This document shows positions 51,313-60,071 of a DNA stretch of 64,000 nt, piece after piece. Each line of letters opens with the position of its first letter. Position 1 is the stretch's first letter. The stretch spans positions 11,253 through 75,252 of the forward strand of contig JBOFUV010000036.1 of assembly GCA_051652765.1 (NCBI GenBank), written 5' to 3'. Source of the stretch: Microcoleaceae cyanobacterium. GTDB taxonomy: Bacteria; Cyanobacteriota; Cyanobacteriia; Cyanobacteriales; Microcoleaceae. Position numbers and translations under genes: made by a program. The notes under the pieces were generated by a model. The model had not been told where the DNA came from. It saw nothing but the letters and a program-made list of their open reading frames with translations, and did not search any database.

Positions 51313-52281
51313 ATGAGAACCGTAATCGGCCTATTTGATGACCGCAACGAGGCAATGCGTGCCTACACTGCACTGTACGAAGCGGGCTATGCTAAAGCGG
51401 ATTTGGATATTCTGACCAATGATGATAAAGACGATGTTCCTAAGCTAGCCAACATGCGGAAGTATATCCCCGCTCCTGATGTCGATGTTTACCTCGAAGG
51501 TGTCCGTCAAGGTGGCACAATCATCACAGCTAACGTCACTGATAGCGCCGTAATGCGGGCTACTGAGATCATGTCTGGCTTCGACATGGTGAACGTTTCT
51601 AAGCGAGCTGTTGAGTTCCAAAAAGTGAATGCCGATTTGACCTGGAGCAACCCAGCTCAATCTGAGAACGTGATTGAAGTCATCGAAGAAGAAGTAGAAG
51701 TTGGCAAAGAGCAAGTCGAGCGCGGTCGGATGCGGATCTACAGCGTTGTGACTGAGCGTGAAGTCCAGAAAGACGTATCTCTGCGGGATGAAACCATCAA
51801 GGTTCAACGTCGCCCCGTCAACCGCACTGTTGAAGCCAGAGCGGATCTGTTCCAAGAGCGTTCTTTTGAAATGGTTGAGATTGACGAGATTGCCAAGGTC
51901 AGCAAAACTGCCCGTGTTGTTGAAGAAGTTTCCTTGGGCAAAGAAGTCGTTGACAAGATTGAAACCATCAAAGAAACCATTCGTCGTCAGGATGTTGAAA
52001 TTGAGGAAGTTCCAGCACTTCGAGTCTTCGCCGAGTACGAAGCTGATTTCCGCAACTTCTATACTAGCAAATTGGCTGATCGGGGCGTAACCTATGACGA
52101 ACTCAAGCCCGCTTTCACCTACGGTTATGACCTTGCAACTCGTGAGCCTTTCCGCAGCAGCCCTTGGTCAGCGGTAGAAACTGACGCGCGTCGAATTTGG
52201 GAAGACAAGAACCCCGGTACTTGGGATCAACATCAAACAGTTGTTAAGTATGCTTGGGAAAAGGTACGTGACGCACGTTAG
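51313..52281 (+). CDS. YsnF/AvaK (DUF2382) domain stress protein
   Basis: MRTVIGLFD, YLEGVRQGG, IEEEVEVGKEQVERG, ETIRRQDVEIE, C-terminal PAFTYGY...W...VKYAWEK; RBS GGGAG. Confidence 0.88.
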   Translation: MRTVIGLFDDRNEAMRAYTALYEAGYAKADLDILTNDDKDDVPKLANMRKYIPAPDVDVYLEGVRQGGTIITANVTDSAVMRATEIMSGFDMVNVSKRAVEFQKVNADLTWSNPAQSENVIEVIEEEVEVGKEQVERGRMRIYSVVTEREVQKDVSLRDETIKVQRRPVNRTVEARADLFQERSFEMVEIDEIAKVSKTARVVEEVSLGKEVVDKIETIKETIRRQDVEIEEVPALRVFAEYEADFRNFYTSKLADRGVTYDELKPAFTYGYDLATREPFRSSPWSAVETDARRIWEDKNPGTWDQHQTVVKYAWEKVRDAR

Positions 52282-52351
52282 TGAACGAGGAGTACAAGCC
52301 TGGATGAATCAGGCTAAGCTCTCCTAGCTCTCCTGATTGTTTAAATGATTT

Positions 52352-52384
52352 AGAAGGGGATAATCCATGGATTGTCCCCTTTCT
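52352..52384 (+). terminator. Hairpin after the YsnF gene, probable terminator
   Basis: AGAAGGGATAATCC-AT-GGATTGTCCCCTTTCT followed by GTTTT. Confidence 0.5.
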
Positions 52385-52537
52385 GTTTTGAGATGTACCA
52401 AATCCTAAAGTCAAAGCAGCAATATACCCCACCGCCTGCGGCACTTTCCCTTGTCAAGCAGGTTAAACCTCCCTGTTTTCGGTGTGGGTCTAGTTCGCTC
52501 GCGCCGCTCGATACTTCCTTTTTAACACTGTTCCAAC

Positions 52538-53173
52538 CTAGGTCACGATGCCCGCTCGCAATGCAATCACTGCCGCTTGCACTCGATCATCAACTGCCAA
52601 CTTATTCATAATTCCCCGAACGTGAGTCTTAATCGTATTGGGACTCAGAAATAATTCTTCTCCGATCTCAGGGTTACTTTTGCCTTCAACCAGTAGCTTC
52701 AACACATCCAACTCCCGCTGAGATAGGTTGGCAATTTTAGCACTCTCCTCCAGTGCAGGCGGTCTGAGTTGCTCAATCACTAGCCTTGCCACCTGGGGGT
52801 CAAGATAGGTTGCCCCTTCACTGGCTGCTTGAATCGCGGCACGAATTTGATCAATACTGGCTCCCTTGATACAGTAGGCATCGGCTCCACTTGCCAAAGC
52901 CGCAATCACTTCAGTTCGGGCAATATGAGAGGTTAACATCACGACTCGGATCTCTGGCATCGCTGCTTTAATCCTCTGGGTCGCCTCAATGCCATCCATA
53001 CGAGGTAAACCAACATCCATCAAGACTAATTCAGGCTGTTGCTCCAGAGCCATCTGAACACCCAGATAGCCGTCTTCCGCAATGCCGATCAGGGTAACGT
53101 CTGTCCACTCGGCCAGGGCTTGCTCCAGACCCAACTGCATCATGGGGTCGTCTTCCACAATTAAAACTCGCAT
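52538..53173 (-). CDS. NarL/LuxR family response regulator
   Basis: VLIVEDD, LMDVGLPRMDG, LTS, YCIK, LSQRELDVL...TIKTHVRGIMNKL. Confidence 0.93.
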   Translation of the reverse strand: MRVLIVEDDPMMQLGLEQALAEWTDVTLIGIAEDGYLGVQMALEQQPELVLMDVGLPRMDGIEATQRIKAAMPEIRVVMLTSHIARTEVIAALASGADAYCIKGASIDQIRAAIQAASEGATYLDPQVARLVIEQLRPPALEESAKIANLSQRELDVLKLLVEGKSNPEIGEELFLSPNTIKTHVRGIMNKLAVDDRVQAAVIALRAGIVT

Positions 53174-53293
53174 GGTTAGGAATGGTTAGAGATGATTAAG
53201 GACTTTGATTTAACATTAGCAAGCAAGCTGCCTGCACTCCAATAACCCAGTTACCCGTCAATCTCTTTCTAGCACTATCTTTTTACGAATGGG

Positions 53294-54532
53294 TTAAATC
53301 AGTGAGTTGACTTTAAGAACTTGTACCTCTTCGCCTTGGGCAATTAAGGTGTGACCAATCGGCACTACCGCCAGTCCATTAGTCCCAGCCAGGTTGATTA
53401 AATTTGCTGAGTTATGGCTGCCCGTAGCCAATTCAAATTCGTAATGATCGCCAACACTGCCCAACTGCCCCCAGAGATAGGTTTCGCGCTGGCCCCCTGC
53501 TTGAAGATCTTGCCGCGATCGCGCCCTCACAAACACAGGTTTCCAGTAACGGGCAGCCAACCCCGAGCGTTTTCGCAGCGCAGACTGGACAAATCGCCAA
53601 CAGGTGACCAGGGCAGACACAGGATTTCCAGGCAAACCAAAGTAAATACAGTTAGAAAAAGTGGCTACAGTTAGGGGCTTACCCGGTTTGATGGCGACAG
53701 AACGAATATGAAGTTCTGCCCCCAAGGCAATCAAGACCCGATCCACATAGTCATACTCTCCCACAGACACTCCTCCCGTTGAGAGGATCACGTCAGCCTG
53801 CAACAAGGCTTTGGTGATAGCCGCTTGCAACGCTTCAGGGCGATCAGGCACAATTCCTAAAGGCATCACCTCCATCCCCATACTTTGAACTAAGGCAGCC
53901 AGAGCATACTGATTTGAATCAACCAACTGCCCTGGTTTGAGGAGCTGATCCGGCGGAACCAATTCATCCCCCGTGGAAAAAATAGCGACTCGCAGGCGTT
54001 GATAGACTGGAACTTGAGGACATTGGGCTGCTGCCAGCACCGCAATCTCCGGAGCACTTAAGGGAATTCCAGCCTCCAGCAACGCCTCTCCAGCTCGATA
54101 AAACGCACCTTGATAGCGCACAAACGCTTGCGGTTTAGGAGCAGCCAGAATCTTGACCTGATGGTCTAGGCGTTGAGTCTCTTCCTGAATGACAATAGTA
54201 TCTGCCCCTAGGGGGAGACAAGCTCCTGTAAAAATTCGGGCCGCTTGTCCGGGTTGTAGCGTTTGTTGAGGCGGATATCCGGCAGGAATTTCTTCAACAA
54301 CGTCCAGGGTTTTGGGAACTCCAGGACTACAGTCGGCAACGTCTGTATAGCGTACTGCATAGCCATCCATGGCTGAATTGTCCCAGTGCGGAAAATCAAG
54401 ATCACTGGTCACTGGAGCAGCCAAGACTCGTCCTAGAGCATTGAACAGGCCCACGGTTTCAATGTTGATTTGGGGATCAGGCGATCGCACAACGTTGAGA
54501 ATTGTAGATTCCGCTTCTTCAACCGATAGCAT
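53294..54532 (-). CDS. moeA: Molybdopterin molybdotransferase MoeA
   Basis: DNSAMDGYAV, RIFTGA, STGDEL, DSNQY, TGGVSVG, KPGKP, GLPGNPVS. Confidence 0.95.
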   Translation of the reverse strand: MLSVEEAESTILNVVRSPDPQINIETVGLFNALGRVLAAPVTSDLDFPHWDNSAMDGYAVRYTDVADCSPGVPKTLDVVEEIPAGYPPQQTLQPGQAARIFTGACLPLGADTIVIQEETQRLDHQVKILAAPKPQAFVRYQGAFYRAGEALLEAGIPLSAPEIAVLAAAQCPQVPVYQRLRVAIFSTGDELVPPDQLLKPGQLVDSNQYALAALVQSMGMEVMPLGIVPDRPEALQAAITKALLQADVILSTGGVSVGEYDYVDRVLIALGAELHIRSVAIKPGKPLTVATFSNCIYFGLPGNPVSALVTCWRFVQSALRKRSGLAARYWKPVFVRARSRQDLQAGGQRETYLWGQLGSVGDHYEFELATGSHNSANLINLAGTNGLAVVPIGHTLIAQGEEVQVLKVNSLI

Positions 54533-54580
54533 GATGATTTCTCCCACCTCAATATCCTACCAGTGTATCGGTTGTAGCGT

Positions 54581-55204
54581 CTAACGCAAACTAGTTAACA
54601 GTTCTGACGCAACCCGACGATAATCCGAGGCTGCTTCCCTGGAGTTTTTACTTCTGGACTGGATAATAGGTACACCCTCTAGGGGGCATCGTTCATGGGC
54701 CTTGTAGGCTCGAATAAAATTCTCAAACACGGGAATTCCAGTTTCTTGGAGGGATCTTTGAGCTTCGATCGCATCCCCCAGACTTCGAGGATCAACCTTG
54801 GTTAAAAGGACTCGATGGGCAACTTGGGCCGGGGTGATCGCCCGTTTAACAGTTTCGATCAACGCCATCAAGTCCATGGGTGCAGGCTGACTGGGAAGTA
54901 CTAGATAATCTGCAATTTTAATCACCGCTTGCAGGGCCTCAGACTGAAGGGCTGGAGGTGTATCGACCACAACCAACTCGAATTCCTGTAGCTGTTTCAA
55001 GTTCAGTAAGAGGGCAGCATTGGTTTCAGAAACAATGTCAAATGGCATTTCTCCCTGTTCAGCCCACCAAGCAGCAGAGTTTTGCGGATCAGAATCTACC
55101 AGCAATGTTGAAAAATGATGGGCTAAAATTGCGGCTAAGTTAATCGCTGTTGTCGTCTTACCGACTCCACCTTTACCATTTGCAATCACGAGAACTTTGG
55201 GCAT
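54581..55204 (-). CDS. ParA/MinD-family ATPase (short, orphan)
   Basis: KGGVGKTT deviant Walker A, DSDPQ, VVDTPP. Confidence 0.9.
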   Translation of the reverse strand: MPKVLVIANGKGGVGKTTTAINLAAILAHHFSTLLVDSDPQNSAAWWAEQGEMPFDIVSETNAALLLNLKQLQEFELVVVDTPPALQSEALQAVIKIADYLVLPSQPAPMDLMALIETVKRAITPAQVAHRVLLTKVDPRSLGDAIEAQRSLQETGIPVFENFIRAYKAHERCPLEGVPIIQSRSKNSREAASDYRRVASELLTSLR

Positions 55205-55405
55205 TTTTAAGATCTTAGATAGCGATCAACAGTCCCGCGTTGGCTTAAAGGGGCTATATACTTGACAATCATATCGAATAAATCAATCCTATCCTGAGTC
55301 CGCCGCTAAATCTGGACAAAATTTTCAGCTAATCTACCTACAATCGCCCCAGCAGCTAAGGCCAACGGGGGAATTGCAGGATAAACCCTCAATGAACTTG
55401 AAGAG

Positions 55406-55663
55406 ATGTCTGACTTGATTACGATTACAGTAAAACTTTTTGCTGCATTTCAAGAAGCCTACGGCTTGTCCGAACTTACCCTAAAATTACCACCTGGGAC
55501 TTCTGTTGCTCAAGTCCTTGACCACTGCATTCGAGACCATCCAGAACTTGAACGGTGGCGATCGCTGACCCGCTTTGGCATTAATCTTCAGTTCGTCTCT
55601 CCTGAAACGCTCCTCGGCAATGGGGATGAAGTAGTGCTAGTTCCCCCGGTGAGCGGCGGATAA
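55406..55663 (+). CDS. moaD: MoaD/ThiS sulfur carrier
   Basis: VKLFA, GDEVVLVPPVSGG C-terminal di-Gly; near moeA. Confidence 0.9.
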   Translation: MSDLITITVKLFAAFQEAYGLSELTLKLPPGTSVAQVLDHCIRDHPELERWRSLTRFGINLQFVSPETLLGNGDEVVLVPPVSGG

Positions 55664-55668
55664 ATGCT

Positions 55669-55938
55669 TTACTCCTTGGCGGTAACGTTTTCGTAAACGC
55701 CCTGATCTCGCTTCACCAACCGAGTAAAGCCTGCGTTTCTGTAGTCGCTGTCGGAAGTCGGAATTGCTAGGGTCGGAGCATTGAGTAACCGTCGCACCGG
55801 CGCATTGGCAGGGGTATCACCCAAATCACATTGGGCGAGTTGACACACCTCTCCCCAGGTTTGAACGTCCCGATCAATACTGTGCATGATTTCAAGGGTG
55901 TGGTTATTGCTGGGACAATAGTAGTCGTAGAATGGCAT
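55669..55938 (-). CDS. FmdB-like zinc-ribbon regulatory protein
   Basis: MPFYDYYC...TWGEVC...PVRRLL...GFTRLVKRDQGVYENV; RBS GGAGG before ATG 55938. Confidence 0.75.
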   Translation of the reverse strand: MPFYDYYCPSNNHTLEIMHSIDRDVQTWGEVCQLAQCDLGDTPANAPVRRLLNAPTLAIPTSDSDYRNAGFTRLVKRDQGVYENVTAKE

Positions 55939-56103
55939 GGTAAAACCTCCTGATGATCTTAACGGGCCTGTCTGAGATTTTAGCGCGGATAAGTTAGTCC
56001 TTAGAGGAGATTGCACTTCAGAGAAGGTTTATGAAGTCTTCAACAATGTTCCTCAACAAAGGCCCTCAATACAGTTCCTCAACCCTCCTTTCTCTGTCCT
56101 CAA

Positions 56104-56832
56104 ATGTCTATTTCTCAATCGATTGGAACGCTCTATGGTATTAGTGTTGGGCCGGGAGACCCAGAACTCATTACCGTTAAAGGACTCAACTTACTCAGAA
56201 ATTCACCTGTGGTTGCCTTTCCAGCCGGACTTCAGGGGAAATCAGGCATTGCTGAAGGCATTATTCAACCCTGGCTGAATGGGAGCCAACTGCAACTGCC
56301 ATTGCCCTTTCCCTATGTTCAAGATGAAGTCATTTTACAAGCGGCCTGGGATCACAGCGCCCAAACGGTTTGGCATTCCCTAGAACAAGGGCTGAACGTG
56401 GCCTTTGCTTGTGAAGGAGATGTGAGTTTCTACAGCACGTTCACCTACCTGGCACAAACGCTCCAACGATTCCGTCCTGAAGTGAAGGTTCAAGCCGTTC
56501 CAGGGGTTTGTTCTCCTTTGGCCGCCGTTGCGAGTTTGGGCCTGCCTTTAACCCTGCGGGATCAACGGTTAGCCATTTTGCCCGCTCTTTATTCTCTGGA
56601 AACCCTGGCAACAACTTTGACCTGGGCAGATGTTGTGGTGCTAATGAAAGTGAGTTCAGTCTATGAGCCAGTGTGGACAGTGCTACAACAACGCGGTCTG
56701 CTCGACTCAGCTTATGTTGTAGAATGGGCAACGTTACCCAATCAAGTGATCTACTCTGGGTTAGGCGATCGCCCCCAATTAAAACTCTCTTACTTTTCCC
56801 TGATGATTGTGCAAAGTAGTAGTAAGCTCTGA
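56104..56832 (+). CDS. cobI: Precorrin-2 C20-methyltransferase
   Basis: GTLYGISVGPGDPELITVKG, EGDVSFYSTF, VPGV, VVLMKV, YFSL. Confidence 0.9.
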   Translation: MSISQSIGTLYGISVGPGDPELITVKGLNLLRNSPVVAFPAGLQGKSGIAEGIIQPWLNGSQLQLPLPFPYVQDEVILQAAWDHSAQTVWHSLEQGLNVAFACEGDVSFYSTFTYLAQTLQRFRPEVKVQAVPGVCSPLAAVASLGLPLTLRDQRLAILPALYSLETLATTLTWADVVVLMKVSSVYEPVWTVLQQRGLLDSAYVVEWATLPNQVIYSGLGDRPQLKLSYFSLMIVQSSSKL

Positions 56833-56907
56833 AGTCAGTGCTGGCTACCAAAAGATTACAAATCCCTCGTTGCAACCCTCGTTTGTAAAGTTGTCCCTGA
56901 ATCTGTC

Positions 56908-58461
56908 ATGGTTTCTTTTTCCTCTCCTTCCCAACCTGCGCCAAAGCTTTTACCGCCCATTCCCACTGCGGCAGTGTTGGTTTCCCTGGGTCTCCATGCG
57001 TTGATCGGATTCAACATTGAAAAGTTTCCTTTGTATTCTGAAACAGCAAAGCTTCCCCCCACCGTAGAACTGATTGAACTGAATCCTAGACAGGTTGAGG
57101 GAATCTACCCTGAACAAACCCGGCTAGTGCCTTCTCCCTTCGAAATTCCAGCCTCATTGCCTGTGTTTGGATCAGGGCCTAGTTCCTTCGGGCCGAGTTC
57201 AATAACCCCTCCACCCCCTTCAACTCTTCCCTCCTACGACTTTACGCCGTTTATACCGGGAGAAACGTCAGACCCGGTAGATCCATTAGATCCAAATGAC
57301 TTCTTCACCCCTCAAACGCCTTTACCTGACGAACCTCTAACCGGCTATCCGTTGCCCTCCTTTCCACCCCCATTTCCCCCCAATCCAGGCAATCCCCCTT
57401 CAAGTCCACCCCTTCCTGTCAACCCTTGGGAGGAGTGGCTCAGAAGTATGTTGCCCAAATATCCTGAATTAAAGGGAATTGGTATTGTTAAGGGTGGAGC
57501 AACGGCCTGTGAAGTGGGTGCGAGCAACTCGGCGCGGGTGGGAATTGTGGTGGGTTCCGATGGTAATATTCTGGCTGGGCCTGTAGTTCTGGAGAGAACA
57601 GGCAATGAGGAACTTGATACTCAGGTAGTTGGCGAGGTGCAGAAATTCCTCGCAAATCTACCCGCCTCGGAACGACCCAAACCCTACGGGGCCTATGGCT
57701 TTGAATTTCAGTTCAGTCGGGTGGGTTGTTCCGAGGGTTTGACTCCGCCGGAAACGCCAACTCAACCTCCGGTCGTTCCACCAAACCCTGAGCCGACAGA
57801 ACCACCAACCCCACCAATCCAAGATCCAATCGTTCCTCAACCGCCCTCGTCGGAGACTCCAGGTTCCAGTGCAGACCAAGCCCAACGGCGCACCGCTGGT
57901 ATTGAAGGAACGAGTGCTTATGTGAATTGGGTACTGAGTCTGCAACAAAATTACCCTGACCTAGAGACGGCAGGACTTTATACGGTTACGGATGCCTATC
58001 CGCCTGAGGCTTGCTCACAACAATTGGCAGGCTTAGGGTTGGTCGGGGTGCTTGTAGGAACTGGGGGAGAAATCCTTGCAGGGCCGGAACTGCTGCGTTC
58101 AACGGGATCTTCTATTTTGGATGATGAGGCCCTGGGGAAAGTTCAGGAGTTTCCGGGAGAGGCGGCCAGTGTGCCCAAAGCTTATCAGTATGCGTTTGAG
58201 TTCAGTCCTGAGACTTGCAGAACTCCGACGGCTCCCAGCTCAACTGAATCTTCAGACCCGGCCCTACCGGGTTCAAGTTCAACGCCAGCTTCTGAAGACG
58301 AGGGTTCAGAGGGTTCATCTGAAGCTGCAACTTCAAGAGATGAGGATACGTTTGTTGAAGAGATCTTTGAATCTGAAGGTTCTAGTCCCGCCACAAATAA
58401 TGAAACCTCTGAAACCTTAGGGACTGAAGACGTTGATCCGGACGATAACATTGATGACTAA
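56908..58461 (+). CDS. TonB-family protein with two TonB_C-like domains
   Basis: SLGLH TM anchor, Pro-rich linkers, two VGxxVxxxGxILAGPxxxxxTGxxxLD domains. Confidence 0.75.
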   Translation: MVSFSSPSQPAPKLLPPIPTAAVLVSLGLHALIGFNIEKFPLYSETAKLPPTVELIELNPRQVEGIYPEQTRLVPSPFEIPASLPVFGSGPSSFGPSSITPPPPSTLPSYDFTPFIPGETSDPVDPLDPNDFFTPQTPLPDEPLTGYPLPSFPPPFPPNPGNPPSSPPLPVNPWEEWLRSMLPKYPELKGIGIVKGGATACEVGASNSARVGIVVGSDGNILAGPVVLERTGNEELDTQVVGEVQKFLANLPASERPKPYGAYGFEFQFSRVGCSEGLTPPETPTQPPVVPPNPEPTEPPTPPIQDPIVPQPPSSETPGSSADQAQRRTAGIEGTSAYVNWVLSLQQNYPDLETAGLYTVTDAYPPEACSQQLAGLGLVGVLVGTGGEILAGPELLRSTGSSILDDEALGKVQEFPGEAASVPKAYQYAFEFSPETCRTPTAPSSTESSDPALPGSSSTPASEDEGSEGSSEAATSRDEDTFVEEIFESEGSSPATNNETSETLGTEDVDPDDNIDD

Positions 58462-58464
58462 TGA

Positions 58465-59433
58465 CTAATGATCGGAGAGCCAGGGACGAGTCATTTCTTC
58501 GAGTTGTTGCCATTCTTCGGGGCTCATGCGCCAACCCAAAGCACCCACATTATCTTCAACTTGAGTTGCTGTTTTTGCGCCAGAAATTGCAATCACCTCA
58601 GGTTGAAAATTGAGCCAGTTGAGGGCAACTTGAGCTGGAGTTCGGCCATATTTTTCGCCAATTTGACGCATTTGAGCCAGCACAGGTTCGATTTTCCCCA
58701 GCCCTTTTTTGCTAAACTTCGCATCAAACTGGCGAGGCCCCACAGGCGGGTGTTCTCCCGTGTATTTGCCTGTGAGTAACCCTTGAGCCAGGGGACTGTA
58801 GGCTAGAACTGTGATGCCCAATTCCTGAGCTGTGGCGAGAATTCCTCGACTTTCAACTTTGCGAGCCAGCAAAGAGTAACGCACTTGATTGGTGGCCAGA
58901 GGAATCCCCCGCTTGGCTAGAATGTCGTGTGCTTGGCGCATTTCCGCTGCGGAATAGTTACTTACGCCCACTGCTAAAATTCTGCTCTGTTCTACCTCAT
59001 CTGCTAGAGCATTAATTAAGGTTTCTTGACTCATGAAAAAGGTAAACGGCCAGTGAACCTGATACAAGGTGATTTGAGGTAATTTTAATCTTTTCAGACT
59101 TGCCGTTACGGCCTCAGCCACCGATGATCCCCAAACCCGCCAGGGAAGCGGCCCATACTTTGTTGCCATCAACACAGGCTGATCCTGCTTTTTCATGAAT
59201 TTACCCAGCAATTCCTCTGACTCTCCCTGACCGTAAACTTCTGCCGTATCAAAAAAGTTGACCCCCGCAGCGATCGCGGCATCAAACGCTTTTTCGACAT
59301 CTGTTTCACCGTAGGTTTTGCCGTATTGCCAAAACAAACCATCTCCCCAAGCCCAAGTACCAATGCACAAAGCAGGAACAGAAATGCCAGTTTTCCCTAA
59401 AATTTTAGTATCACTAGTATTAGTCGTTGTCAT
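58465..59433 (-). CDS. Aldo/keto reductase
   Basis: IGTWAWGD, FDTAEVYG, ATK, YQVHW, VGVSNY, NQVRYSLL, AYSPLAQGLLTGKY. Confidence 0.92.
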   Translation of the reverse strand: MTTTNTSDTKILGKTGISVPALCIGTWAWGDGLFWQYGKTYGETDVEKAFDAAIAAGVNFFDTAEVYGQGESEELLGKFMKKQDQPVLMATKYGPLPWRVWGSSVAEAVTASLKRLKLPQITLYQVHWPFTFFMSQETLINALADEVEQSRILAVGVSNYSAAEMRQAHDILAKRGIPLATNQVRYSLLARKVESRGILATAQELGITVLAYSPLAQGLLTGKYTGEHPPVGPRQFDAKFSKKGLGKIEPVLAQMRQIGEKYGRTPAQVALNWLNFQPEVIAISGAKTATQVEDNVGALGWRMSPEEWQQLEEMTRPWLSDH

Positions 59434-60071
59434 TTTATATTTATCTGTTTATATCTGTCTGTTTACGGCTGTCTGTTTATATTTATCTGTGATGTGCCTG
59501 GGTTATAGCTATAGCTACAACTATAGCAGTCAGGAATGATTCATGAGAAATTGCAATACACTAATCGTTGGGGAAAGAATAACTTCCAGATCAGTTTCTC
59601 ACATCTGATTTCTGAGTGCTATCTCTAACGTTGGAATCCGTGTCCAAGGGAATAACCAGTTGTAAGAACCGGATCAAGAGTTTTAAGTTTTCCCCCGGAT
59701 CAATCTCCACACTAGAATCAGATCGCTTTAGAATAAGGCATAATGCCTTTACCTAACTCCCGGTGATCGCTCCTCTTGACCAAGGGGAACTATAGGGGGT
59801 CTTCTCCTAAATCATGCCTACTGACTGATCGATTATCTAAGTGCTTGAGAAAGATGAAGAACCTGATCAAGAACATTGATATAGCTTCATAGCCTAGCCA
59901 AATCAGGCAGCCTAGTCAGGCGTTGATTGAGAGACCAGCATAAACTGAAAAGTGAGATGATTGTTAAGGTGCAAACCGTTCAGGAGCAGTTATTCGATTA
60001 AGCTATTGTATTGAGAGATTCTCTTGAGCCACTGTTGATTGATCAGTCTGAGTTCTCTACCCTGAAGCCTT

